Of a stretch of DNA of 64,000 nucleotides, positions 1 through 14,293 are shown one piece after another. Positions within the stretch are counted from its first letter, which is position 1; each line of letters opens with the position of its first letter. Where the stretch lies: positions 62,001 to 126,000 of the forward strand of contig JAVKOQ020000085.1 in assembly GCA_031835245.2 (NCBI GenBank). Reading direction: 5' to 3'. Both the position numbers and the translations under genes were made by a program. The stretch is from Balamuthia mandrillaris. Lineage: Eukaryota. The notes beneath the pieces are model-generated. The model worked only from the letters and a program-made list of their open reading frames with translations, did no database searches and was not told the DNA's origin.

Positions 1-110
1 TGTTTGAAGAGGCCGATGACCACCTCGTGCCATCCTGTGGTGTAGGCAGCGTCGGACGCCGAGGCACCGGCCGGAGCAGAGTAGGGGTAACGGCTTGCCT
101 TCCCTTTCAT
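1..110 (-). CDS. 5' end of an unidentified protein gene running off the window (MKGKASRYPYSAPAGASASDAAYTTGWHEVVIGLFK...)
   Basis: ATG at 110 preceded by an A-rich leader; open GC-rich frame to the window edge. Confidence 0.45.
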   Translation of the reverse strand, partial: MKGKASRYPYSAPAGASASDAAYTTGWHEVVIGLFK

Positions 111-223
111 GTCGTTTGGTTTTTTGTTTTTTTTGTTTGCGTTACGTCGAAATTCTTCCTATAAAAAATTCATGTGTGTTACCGGTTTATTCTTGGGTAA
201 AATTTCCATCTATCCTCGACTAA

Positions 224-295
224 AGGCGCGTGGCCAAATGGAAAGGCGTCTGCCTACGGAGCAGAAGATTGTGGGTTCGATCCCCACCGTGCCTG
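224..295 (+). tRNA. tRNA-Arg(ACG)
   Basis: Acceptor stem AGGCGCG/CGTGCCT, D-arm TGGCCAAATGGAAAGGC, anticodon arm TCTGC-CTACGGA-GCAGA, T-loop GGTTCGATCC; oligo-T Pol III terminator follows. Confidence 0.97.
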
Positions 296-737
296 ATTTC
301 TTTTTTTTTTTTGGTTGAGCACAACAGTACGTTATTTGAGGGTTACATCTCAATAATGGTTTCGCTGGAGGGGTAGACTCATCTGATTGGACACTACAAA
401 GCCTGTTTGCGAGGTGCAGAGGGCGGAATAGTTTCCAACGAATAAGGCATGCAAGGAAGGTTTGCGGATACACGAACAAGGGCATCCGTTCGGATGATGT
501 TGCTTAACAGCTCATGCTGCGCAGGCGTAATCTCTTGAGGGGTTGTTGCGTTACTATTTTCATTCACACCGAACAACGAAACAATCTGCTGAAAATAAGG
601 AAGACTTTTCGTTGGTCTTCTTCTTGTGGGCGTTTCTTCTTCTTGACGTTCGGTTTGTTCTTTCCTTCCAACTTACTTTTGGAACGACATACATATATAA
701 TATACAAGCGCTTTCAAAAGAATTTAAGCAATTAAAC

Positions 738-932
738 ATGTCCGACCAGAAGAAAGAACCTAAAACTCCTCCCCCGCCGGCCGCCAGTCACCCCATGCCT
801 GCTTGTGGACTTTGTCCTCCTCCTCGTACCAATCCTACTCTACCTCTGCCTGCACAGCCAACGCGTCCTCCTCCACGCCCTGCTTGTGGCATTCAAATAT
901 GTGCCCCACCCAAAAAAAACAACAGCAAATGA
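738..932 (+). CDS. Putative 64-aa Pro-rich microprotein with two PACG motifs
   Basis: AAACATG start about 45 bp after a TATATAA; ORF MSDQKKEPKTPPPP...PACGLC...PACGIQIC...NNSK*; no homology recognised. Confidence 0.35.
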   Translation: MSDQKKEPKTPPPPAASHPMPACGLCPPPRTNPTLPLPAQPTRPPPRPACGIQICAPPKKNNSK

Positions 933-1065
933 TTCTTCGTTTTCTTCATCTTCTTTGTCTTCTTCTGGGAGGATAACCACCAGCCCAACAGAATTGATCA
1001 GCTCTCTGTTCTTGCTAATGTTGTTATGTCTGTTGTTCAAAAAATATAGAGGATAAAAAAAGGCA

Positions 1066-2229
1066 TTAAAGTTGATAAAATATAGAAAACGGTTCTGGCG
1101 AGTTTGGAATAGGCGTGGTGCAGGAGGCACAGCTGCCCGCTGGTGGTGTTGCTCCCCCTGCCTCCTGCCCACCAACCATAAACGAAGCAGAGGACGAAGA
1201 AACAGAAGAGATCGAAGCTGAGGCAGACCTGAGCTGTTTGTTGATGATGTCCTCTATGGAGGAAGAGGTGATGCTCGTGTGTTGTTGTGAAAAGAAAAGA
1301 CGTTGAGGATTTTGATGGTTGAAGCCGGAGGAAGAAGGTGACGAAGAAGAAGAGGGAGGAGGAGATGATGAAGAAGGTGAAGAGGAAGAAGGATCTCTCG
1401 TTCCTCTGGAATGAGAAGATGGTAGCGACTGATTGTGGTTGGTGTCATTGTTGGTGGAGGAAGAAGTCATATCAGTTTCCAATGCCCCCTCTTTGCATGC
1501 ATGTTGTTGTGGAGCGGCTGAAGCTAAAGTTGAAGTGGAAGAAGATGTAGAAGCAGAGGAAGAGCAAGAGGAAGACGAGGAAGAGGTAGCAGCAGACATG
1601 GAAGAAAGTTGTGAGGGAAAGACAAATGAAGGAGAGGTTGGGCAAGAGCTTGTGGAGGAAGAAGTAGGAGAGGAGGAAAAAGAGGTCGATTGTTGCTGCA
1701 GATTGAGGGGAGAGGTTGAGATGGGGGAAGTGGACGAGGACGATACGACGTTTGGATTTGAAACGTTATTGCCCACTAAATCAGTTTGGGAGCTGTAATC
1801 ATCAGATTGAAGAATGCTTTCCAAATGACCATGATGATGTTGACGTTGGTGTCGTTGATCTTGGGATGATGAAGATGATGATTCTCCATCCCCTTCCCCA
1901 TCTTCCCCGTCTCCGTCTCTTTCCCCTTCTTGCTGGCGTTGTGGTTGCCAAGAAATGCTTGGAAGAGAATTGGAGCTGTTGCAGGACTTGGGTCGAATGA
2001 GTACGATGGAGGGAGGAATGCCCTGTATGGAGCCGGTGAGCAACTTGACACCCTCCACTATCAGTATAGTCCAAGAGGGAAGGCCCGTCACTCCGTAGAA
2101 CGTGTGGTAGGCACTGTCCATCTGTAGGTGAGAGCCTACAAAAGTAGATAGAAACAAAGGTACGTCAAGAGAAGTGGGAACCGAGAAGGGGAAAAATGCA
2201 AGATAAGGGAGAGAGAGAGAGAGGACGAA

Positions 2230-2273
<44 letters not shown>

Positions 2274-4551
2274 CATCTCGAGCTTGGGCAAGAATGATGG
2301 CACGATAGCAGTCATAAAAGGTGGTGTGTCGTTCAAAGAGAGGAATGATCTCAGGATCCACCATGAAGCGGTGTTGCGGCGGAAGGAATGACCGCAAAAT
2401 AAAGGAAGGCTGTCCCACCAAGTCCTCCTATAAGTGATATTTTTCAAGTCAACAGAACAGCGACTATAATAACATAAGACGACAAAGGAAAAGCATACCG
2501 GGTTGATCTTGAGGAGCTTGCAGTAACTATCATTTACATTAACGATCTTCGAAACACCAACCGAGTGAACCATCATCAAGAAAGGCTTTTGCATGTGCGA
2601 AGGAATTCTTCCAAAGGCCTCCCCCATGTTTGCTAATTGGTCCGATGACGATGACGTCGTAGATGAGAACGAGGATGAGGACGATGATGTGGAGAAGGAA
2701 GCAGAGGCAGAAGAAGAGGTTGAGCCAGCAGACGGCAAAAACGGAGAACAAGTGGAGAGGTTGGAACAAAGAAAAGAGCAAAGATCAATTGGCGGCTGAG
2801 AGGAAGATGATGAGGAGTATGAGATATCACTATGGTGATGAGGCAGTGAAGAAGAAGACGAAGAAGAAGCGAAAGAAGACGACGAGGAAGGACAAGAGGC
2901 AGAAGAGATGGGAGGGAGTGCTGCTCCTCCGAAATCACTGTTGGGAGGAGTGGCAGGCCAGAACGAAGGAGCAATAGAAGAAAACAGCGGTCTTGGAGAA
3001 AGGGGCTCCTCTCTGTCCGTCGAAGAGAACAGGGATGAGAAGGCACTGGTACCACTGCTACCCATTATTTCCATCTCATCAAAGTGGCTATTCCAATAAG
3101 ACTCGTTTCTTCGATTGCTCGACGACAAAGAAGAAGAAGAAGAAGCAATAGACGAGGGACCAAACGAAACCTTTAAACTAGTGTTTCCACTGCGCGGTGG
3201 ATCCATTCCTAGGTCATGAGCCATGTGATGATGTCGAGAAGATGCAGAGGAGGAGGAAGAAGTGGCAGCGGCAGAAACAGCAGCGGTAGAGAGAAGCAAA
3301 TTCTTCAGCTCTCTCAGTTCCTCTCGCAAAAGCTCCACCTCGCGTTTGCTTTCCTGCACCTTCCTCTCCATCCGAGAGGCCAGTGCGTCCGAGTTCTCCT
3401 TCAACGCGGCATTGAACCTCAGCATTAGACTTGCCACAAAGTTCTGTCTCTCCCTCTCTGGATCCATCTTGCCACATGGCGTTGGGCCCTGTGGTTGTTG
3501 CTGCCGCACTCGGTGCTGGTGTTGTGGACGAGAAGCGTGCTGCTTCGTGGTGTGAGAATGAGAATGAGGAGGGAGATGCATCTGGTGATGGGGATAAAGA
3601 GAATCAACCTCACCACTAGGGTCGTTCTGTTTGTTGGCGTTGTTGTGTTGGCGTGGTGGAGGCTGCTCGAAGGTGGACACCACCTTCGCGACCTTCTGTT
3701 GTCCCTCCGGGTTTGAGCTGTAGCTTTCGTGTCGGTTTTGCTCTGGCCGCGGCTTGGTACCTGTGGTGGAAGGGTCGTCGTTGCTCACATCGAAGCCGTC
3801 TTCCGTGTTGGTTATTTCCTTCCTACCACCACCGGTGGGGTTGTTGCGCGTTCTCTTATGCTTTGCCTTGTGGCCCTGTTGGGCGGAGGACGAGGCAGAG
3901 GAAAGAGCTAAAGCGGAAGAGGCTGGTGAGGGCGAAGGGCCGAAATAAGTAGGACGAAAGGAAAGAGCAGGGCCAGGTGCTCTTCTTGATCCTCCTGTAC
4001 CATCGCTGCTGGTGCCTCCGCTTCCTCCTCCTTTTCCTGCTGGAGAGGCCAACGGCGAGGGAGAGCAAGAATAGGACAGTTGGGTGGGGATCGGCGCAGC
4101 GATGAAGAACGGGGAGGAGCCGAATGAGGAGCGGGAGTCCTGCTGCCCCCCAGGGGTCGCAATGGAGGTGAACGTGGAGGCGGAGGGCAACGCAAAGGTG
4201 GGCGAGCGCATAGTGGGCGAGGAGAGGGACAGCTGTTGTTGTTGTGGTTGCTGCGGGTCGGCTTGCTGGCCGGCGGGAGGGGTGAGAGCGGTGCGTGGCC
4301 TTCGTCCACGTTTCCTGCTCACCGCATCCACGCAGGAATGGGCCTTGCCGATGTTCACGCAACGAGCGCAGGGCCTCTCTGTTTGTTTTTTTTTTTTTGT
4401 TTTGTTTTTGAAGTTATATAACGACATCTCCGAAAGAGAAAAAGATGACAAGAGAGAGGGGGAAAGGAAAAATGTGTTTGAGAAAAAAAACACACAACAA
4501 ACCATCACTACAGGCGGTATGAGCTTCCCTGCAATTGGAGCAGGATACCAT
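1066..4551 (-). CDS. Zn(II)2Cys6 binuclear-cluster transcription factor with coiled coil and PAS-like domain (multi-exon; the 3' end may extend to 840 via one more intron)
   Basis: Exon 1 (4551-4503) MVSCSNCREAHTACSD splices to ERPCARCVNIGKAHSCVD..KRGRRP, giving the six-Cys cluster; PAS-like segment IVNVNDSYCKLLKINPEDLVGQ. Confidence 0.8.
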
Positions 4552-5136
4552 TTTCCGACGGAAAGAAAAAGAACGCGACTGAAAAAAGCGGCTTTCCCTC
4601 TTCTCGTCGTTGTTCTTTGATGCTTGTTATTTTTTCCTCCCTCCGTTCAGAGTCCTGCTTTTTGTTTGTTGTTGTTTGCCCACAAAAACCTCTCTTTGTG
4701 TAGTAGGTTGCTGAAAGAGCCGTTCGCAAAAAAAAAAAAAAAAACCAACCAAACCACACAACCAAACCCCTATGGTATAGGGGTTGTCGTTTTTCGAAAC
4801 GTTTTGTTTTTTTTTTTTTTAGAGTGTTCGCAACAAAACAGAAACTCTTTTTCGTCCGGCGACTTTCTGGAGATTCCTGCGTCCGCCCAAACCAAAACCC
4901 GAAAATGGGCGATTAAAAAAATACCAATATAGGCCATTGACCGGAACTTTCAATTATGTTTATAAAATTTAGATCTAAAAAGGAAATTTTCTGATTAAAT
5001 TTTACCTTTAATAGAAACTAAATGACGTCATATTACCTTTTAAAGGCAAAAATAAGGGTTTGCATTGGAGTGAGCGGCAGTGTGTTTTTTTTTTTGAGTT
5101 AAATAAAAAAAGAGAAACGAAGCAGCAGCAAGAACT

Positions 5137-5319
5137 TTAAAGTTTCCAACCGGAATGGATGCAAGCGATGCCACCGGAGAGGTTGGTGTGGGTAACCATC
5201 GAAAAGCCTTCCTCTGAGATCATTCTTGAGAACTCTTCCTGTCGAGGAAATCGTCTATTCGTTTTTTTTTTTTGTTTTTTTTTTAAACAAAACACGTTAT
5301 GAGCAAAACGACAAGAGGA

Positions 5320-5361
<42 letters not shown>

Positions 5362-6405
5362 AGATGACAAGAAATAAAACTTACCGAATGCTCTCGACAA
5401 GGTATTGATACGAGTCGTAGTCACCAGCGACCACGTGGCCCATGACCGGAATGACCTGGAAGGAATAGGCATCGTAGGCCCGCTGCAGCCACTCGCTTTC
5501 CAGGTGGCTAAACTCCAGGCAGAGGAAGCGCCCGCCGCGGCGCAGCACGCGGTGGGCCTCCCGCAGGACTTTGTCCAGGCGAGTGCAGTTGCGGATGCCA
5601 AAGGCGATGGTGTAGCCGTCCATCGTGTCGCTCGCCACCGGGAGGCTCTCCGCATCGCCCACCACCCATGTTATGGACGGATCTTTTGCCGTTGTGTTCG
5701 TTTGGTTGGATGGGACGTTAGCAAAATGGGTAACAAAGAACAGAAAGAGAAAGAGAAAGAGAAACGACGAAAGAGAAAGAGAAGCGACGAAAGAAAAGAG
5801 TTACCAGAGTGTGCGGTGTAACCACGAGCCAGTCCTCTTTCCTTACCAACATTCAGCATGGAAGGATTGATATCACACACCATCACCGAAGAAGAAGTTT
5901 TCTTTGTGGCAGCAGCAGCAGAGGAGGAGGAGGAGGAGGAGGAAGGTGAAGAGAAAGCGGGACGGTAAAGGGGCGATCGCTTGATGGCTTCGATGCAGCG
6001 AAAGGCAATGTCGCCGGTGCCGCCGGCCACGTCCAGGAGGCGCGCTCCAGGCAGGGGGTTCAACGTGCTTACAAACTGGTCCTTCCAGAGGCGGTGGATG
6101 CCGCCGGACATGAGGTCGTTCATGAGGTCGTAGCTGTTGGCCACCCGGTGAAAGACCTCTCCAACGAGAGAGGCCTTCTCCTCCTCTTTCACCGTCTTAA
6201 ATCCAAAATGCGTGGTGGTGTGATGGGGTTCATCGGAGGGTGGCGAAGAAAAAGAAGAAGAAGAAGTGTAGAAACGAGCAGTGGTGGCATTGCATCGCTG
6301 AAGAAGAGACAGGGGGTGGGACTTCAAGCCCGTAGTGTTGCTTGTGAACCGATGGAGCGGCCGCAAGCAAAGTCCTGTTCTCGCTCCCAGCGCTGTTTTC
6401 TTCAT
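5137..6405 (-). CDS. COQ5: Mitochondrial 2-methoxy-6-polyprenyl-1,4-benzoquinol methylase (3 exons)
   Basis: [64 protein letters not shown]-terminal presequence. Confidence 0.95.
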
Positions 6406-6589
6406 CCTTCTTTCTTTCTTTCTTTTATTTGATTGAAATTACCATTTACAGTGTGATGACGCCAACTTCGTTTCTTGCCTTCTGCTTTCTTATGTGGGTT
6501 ACTGATTCTGAACAATACGTCCATATCACCCTTTTTGGTAGGCAATGACGTGGACATTTCTAACACCGCACACGCAGACTGAGAGGGGG

Positions 6590-6770
6590 AAGAAGAGGAA
6601 GAAGATGATGAAGAAGAAGGAGAACAAGAAGAATAAGAACAAGAACAAGAAGAAGAAGAAGAAGAAGAAGAAGAAGAAGAAGAAGAACAAGAAGAAGAAC
6701 AAGAACAAGAAGAAGAACAAGAACAAGAACAAGAACAAGAACAAGAACAAGAACAAGAACAAGAAGAAGG
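6590..6770. repeat. (AAG)n/(AAGAAC)n microsatellite
   Basis: Directly visible tandem repeats. Confidence 0.9.
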
Positions 6771-6837
6771 GCAGCACCAACAACATCAACGTCTGAATGT
6801 CGCCAAACTTCTCTCTATTCCATTTGGACAACAAACA

Positions 6838-7069
6838 TCAACAACAGCACCAACCAACATTCTCGCTGATAAACACGTGCAAGTCCAACGCCTCTATCAG
6901 CGCTCTGAGAAAATGAACATCGGAGGGGTGCAGCCCAAAGCGAGACGGCAGGTCCGCGATTGGAATAGTTTCGTTGCGCATGGAAGCTGCATACAATCCT
7001 TTAAACAGCTTATTGTTCATCCCCAAGAAGAATCTATGACATTGTTATTTTAAACAGAAAGAAAACATG

Positions 7070-7104
<35 letters not shown>

Positions 7105-8867
7105 AGAGAGAAGAGAGAGAGAGAGCGAGAGGGAGAGGGAGAGAGAAGAGAGAGAAAGAGAAAGAGAAAGAGAAAGAGAAAGAGAAAGAGAAAGAGAAAG
7201 AGAAAGAGAAAGAGAAAGAGAAAGAGAAAGGACGAAAGAGAAAGAGAAACGACGAAAGAGAAAGAGAAACGACGAAAGAGAAAGAGAAACGACGAAAGAG
7301 AAAGAGAAACGACGATAGAGAAAGAGAAAGAGAAAGCGAAAGCGAAACGACGAAAGAGAAACGACGAAAGAGAAAAGAGAAAGAGGAAAGCAAAACAATC
7401 CGTGTGGAAAAGGAAAAAGATAAGGAAGAAAATGACGAAGAGAGAAAGATGAAGAAATGAGAAGAAAGAAGCCAAAACTGGTGTTGAAAACAAACCTGAT
7501 GAGATGGTCTTCGGAGTGAGAGCCAGTAGGTCCAAGAATAGCATCGCACAAGTAACGGAACCTCAGTTTGTCTCCGTCGGTGACGGCCAAGGGAAGCTCT
7601 GCTTCTTTTGTAGGGAGATGAATGGAATGTTTTTTGACGTAGACGTCGTAGAGGTGAAACTTTTTCTGAAAGATGGATTCAGTTGTGCATGCGATAAAGT
7701 TTTCTTGTTCTGTAGAGCAACAATAACCATCAGAATAATAATAGAGGAATAAGAAAGAAAAAGAGCAAGAAAGGGCTGGAACCTTGAATTGTTTTGATGT
7801 CGTTGATGTTGATGTAGAAGAGAGGATTGGGATCAAAGCGAAAATGCTTTACTTTTGTAATGATGGAAAGCAAAGTGGAGCTATAGACGAAGCGACAGGA
7901 TTGTTTGACAGGAGGAACGCTGTGATAGAGAATACGTTTTCTCAGGAGAATGGCTTTCCAGAGAGTGAAGATCTGAATGGAGAAGCTCCGCATAAACTCT
8001 GTGAAGAAGCCGTTAGGAATGTTCAATTGTGCTTTGGCTGGTAGTTCAGGATTTAGAGGAGCCTTTGGAAGAATGTTTTTTGAGGAAGAATCGCCCTCTT
8101 CATCTTCTTCTTGGAGAGAATGAGGATGGATGAGTTGTGGGACGGAAGAAGGAGCGGTCTGAGATTGTTGGAAGTATTCGAAGAGAGAGTCAAAGCCTTC
8201 GTCCGAGTGATTGATCACACTGAAATTCAATAGTTAGACCAAGTAAACAGGTAAAATACATTTGGGAAGGAACTGAAAGAAGAGAAAAATGATTTTCAGA
8301 TGAACAGAGAATGGAGAAACAAGAGAGTAGCAGAAGGAGGAAGAGAAAAGGTCCATAAGAGAGAAAGCGAGAGAGAAGGGCGTACTCCACTTGGTCGGCA
8401 AGAAACTCTTTGTGCTCATGAAGAGTGTGGAAGCTGGTCATCAGAACACCAACACTGCGCATGATGGCTCCTCTGTGTTCGATGCTGCCTTTCATTAACC
8501 GCCGAGAATAACACGCCAACCCAAAATTGTCTCCTGCCTTGAAATAACTAATACCAAACTGAGTTGTTAGCATCAGGAGAGGATATATACAAGAGAAGAA
8601 CAAAGAGAAAAGCAAGGGGGTACATGACAGAATGGGAGAGGAGAGAGAAGAGCCAGAAGAAGATCCAACTAGAGAAAAGAGACGTGAGAAGAGAGGTTTT
8701 ACATTATGTCGTGATTGATGGCGTGAGAACCACTAGCCATAGCTTTGAATTCAATGCCAGTGAGGTCCACGTCCTCCGGATACTGCCATTCGATCACATT
8801 CCCTATAGAACGCTTTTTATGTTAGAAACGCGCAACAACGACCAAATGAAAAACGAAAATGAAACTG

Positions 8868-8909
<42 letters not shown>

Positions 8910-9416
8910 TGAGTGCCTTCATTAATGTCAAACTTGACCACGAATATGGCTTTCAGGGAGGTGTCAGTAATGGTGTCTCTCGAAAACTGTTCCTTGTAGC
9001 GTTCCACGATGGCAAGTTCGTTTTGGTCGTCAGGGGAACCTCTTCCAAAAGACGAATAAGAGGAGGAGGAGGCAGCGTCTCCTCCTCCAAGACCTGCTCC
9101 CATGACTACCATGGGAAAGTCTCCCACGTCCGGTGCGGTGTCATTGAGCCCAAGCTCCTCTTCCAGGCTTGCTAGTTCTCTACCATGATACAGAAAGAAA
9201 ACCAAAGCAAAGGTTTTAATCGTTTTTGTTGCAGTTGCAAAACAAAAAAAAAAAAAACGGTCAAAAAAAATATATATCAGCAAATGTGAAAAAAAAAAAC
9301 AAAGACGTGAAAAACAAAAAAACAATTGAAGCAAGAAGAGAATGTTTTTTTTTTAAAAAAAAAACGTACTCGTCGTCTTCCAGATCATCTAATAAAAGTT
9401 GGTCTTCCTCTGCCAT
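6838..9416 (-). CDS. DENND11: DENN-domain protein 11 (LCHN/KIAA1147-like), multi-exon
   Basis: [81 protein letters not shown]; ends WCCC*. Confidence 0.85.
7073..7390. repeat. Compound intronic (AG)n/(AAAGAG)n/AAAGAGAAAGAGAAACGACG minisatellite
   Basis: Directly visible. Confidence 0.9.
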
Positions 9417-9690
9417 TCTTTTCTCAGCCCTTCTGCTTGTCTTTCTCCTCAAGGCCCTTTTTTTTGTTTTGTGTCTTCAAACTCACGTCGTCACGATTTC
9501 AGTCACGACGACACGATACTCCAAGTGAAGCAAAGAGGAGAGAGAGAGAGAGAGGAAGAAGAAGAAGAAGAAGAGAAGAGAAAAGAAAGCAGAAGAAAAA
9601 TAGACAAAGGTTATTGTGTGTTATAGCAAATGTAGGAAAGTGTGAGGTTGTTACGCCATCTTGCTTTCTTTTTTTTGTGTGTATGTGTGT

Positions 9691-10616
9691 TTAGAAGGTG
9701 CTGCCTTCGGGAGGTTGGTTCAACCTGCGGTTGTGAGAGGAAAGCATTTCGTCACGAAGGCCCACCAAGATGTCCTCAATGCTCTTGTCAGAAGTCCAGT
9801 TGCTCAACACTCCAAATTTGCGTGAGTCAATCTTTTTTTTGGATTTCGGTTCACAAAATGGGTAAGCATCGATAAACAAGTGCATGTTCAATAAAAAAGA
9901 ACAAGAGAGACAGAGAGAAACGAGAAGAGGAAGGGAAAGAGAAAGGAGAAGAGGAGAGAGGAGAAAGAAAACGAGAGAAGAAAGCAGAAGGGCCGGAAGG
10001 GAGAGAGGAACAGAGCAAGTTGAGGAGAAAACAAGAGAAGAATTATAACCTCTCCGTTACTCTGGTTTACACAGCCCATGTTGACTCGAGACACAAACTT
10101 GCACTTGGGGGGCTTGTTGGGGTACTCCTCTCCGCACTCAATTCTTACAGAATAGATTCGGCCTTCATGTACAGACTATCGTGCAGTTGAGAGAGAAGTC
10201 TGACATTAAGAACATAAAGAACAGGAAATAAAATAATTTTTACAACCAAAAAAATAAATAAACGTACGTTGGGTGGACCGATGATGGTTCCGTTCCAGTT
10301 GGTCAAAAATCTGTCGTCGCCATCGGCCAAACCGTAGCTCACGCTACCGTCACCGATGCCCTTCTCTCCCTTTTCCAATTCTTCCAACAAACGGAAGTTG
10401 CGTGGCACTACATTTTTTTAAACAAAATAAACAGAAAAAAAATAAATCAATATTACACGTTCATACACAAAAATCTCAGACAAAAAATAAAGTAGCAAAC
10501 AAATAAAACATACAGGTTGAGAGAGAGAAAAAAAAAAACAAGGTGATGTACAGCAAGATGGGAGAGGAGAAGAGAGAAAGAAAGGAAGCAAACAAACCCT
10601 TTACACTCTTAGCCAT
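9691..10616 (-). CDS. MMS2: Ubiquitin-conjugating enzyme E2 variant (UEV1/MMS2)
   Basis: [36 protein letters not shown]-terminal [10 protein letters not shown]. Confidence 0.95.
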
Positions 10617-10778
10617 GTTTCGTGTATGTGTGTGGTTCTGCTTTTCTTTTCTGTTTGTGCTTTTTTTTTTTGTGCGCCCGACGCGAATTTCTTTTGGTGA
10701 AAAATAAAATTCAACAAGCGGAACAATAACGTCGACAGATGCATCACTCCTTTTGAGTTGAAACAAAAAAAGCAGATA

Positions 10779-10850
10779 AGCTGTTGATGGGACTCGAACC
10801 CACAGCCTTTGGCTTCGAAGGCCAACGCTCTTCCATTGAGCTACAACAGC
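10779..10850 (-). tRNA. tRNA-Arg(TCG)
   Basis: Reverse complement GCTGTTG...TTGGC-CTTCGAA-GCCAA...GGTTCGAGTCC...CAACAGC forms a cloverleaf; oligo-T downstream. Confidence 0.96.
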
Positions 10851-11024
10851 GAGGTTATCAATTTCCAACAAACTAAATATACAGATTAAAGAATATGGGC
10901 TGAACGATCGTAGGCAAAAATGTAGCAATTTTTTTTTTTTGGTTTGGGGCTAAAAAAAAGTCCCCTTTTTTTATTTTACGCTCCGCTCTTGTTTGCGTAG
11001 TACAAAACACACACACATACCGCG

Positions 11025-13024
<2,000 letters not shown>

Positions 13025-13772
13025 ACAAACCAAACACAACACACCCTTTATCGACTCTGCTCTTTGCTCTCTCTTGTTTCTTTTTTTTTTAAACATACTC
13101 TTCCCTCCCTTTTGTCTTTGTCTTTTTTTTTTTGTTTGAGTGAGGTACGCAGGAGATGCGGTGAGGGGAAAAAACTGTCTGCGGCGGCTGCGCGGGGAAA
13201 GGCTGCGGAGGAGATGGACATCTTTGGCCCGCGTCGGTGGAAATATCCTAATTTGGTCTCTCCTTGTGTGTCCTTTGGCGTAGGATACATATATATATAT
13301 ATATATACCCTTTTGCGAGACGGACGAGGGCCAAAAGGAAGGGCGCCCCATTGCGCGAATACAAGGGCTTTGTGTTTGGACGCATACTAAACCTTGTGCA
13401 AGTCACAGCCAGCACGCTTCGAACAAAAAAAAAAGCAGTCCACCCAAAAATAACGAAAGAGAACTTAAAAAAAAAAAAAAAAAAAAAAGGCCGTTATTCA
13501 CAAACACCCAGAGGTTGAAAGAAGAAACGGTGCTTTTCTTCCTCTCTTCGCGACTGCCTCGTCTTTGTTGGTTCGCCGCCACCTTTGGGTCCGTACTGAC
13601 TGTCTTTGCGCTGAATGTTTGCTTGCTAAACCACTGCTTTCCCTCTGAGGGCAGATTGGCAGGGCAGTTAAGAAGAACAACTGGGGAAAAGGTTGAGAAA
13701 GAGGAGGAGGTGGAGGTGAGAGGGTACACAAAGGTGCGATACACAACACAGCACAAGCACCATCTATTGCAA

Positions 13773-14246
13773 ATGAAGAAGGCACCTATCAAGATGAAGA
13801 GGCCCGGCCTGCCGAAAGGCCGCTGGTTCTGGGGCAAAAAGCAGAAAGAATTTGACCCCTTGAAGCCGGTGGTCCCGCCTGTCGTGGAAGGTCCCATCTG
13901 CTTCCTCGAAAAGAACGGCAAGTGGTCCTCCTTCTTGTGTGTGTGTGTTTCTTTGTTAAAATCTTCATCTTTCGTGGGCCTCACCCTCATCCTGTGTGTT
14001 TTCTTACGCTACCATTTTTTTCTTTGTTTGTTTGTTTTGGGTTTCTTTTCTGAAACAGGTTTGAGGACAGAGGGGATCTTTCGGTTATCAGGGTCGGCCG
14101 CCATAAGCAAAGCCATTAAAGCCAAATATGACAAGGGTTCGTTCACTCTCTCTGTCTCTGTCTCTGTCACTCTCTCACTCTCTCTGTCTCTCTCTGTCTC
14201 TCTCTCTCTGTGTCTTCTCTCTCTCTCTCTCTCTCTCTGTGTGTCT

Positions 14247-14293
<47 letters not shown>

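Noticed and set aside
316..580. Possible element remnant downstream of the first tRNA
   Set aside because: No recognisable motif or similarity to the 42.8-45.3 kb element
6526..7549. ORFs of poly-FL/SL/ER/KN
   Set aside because: Translations of microsatellites that lack stop codons
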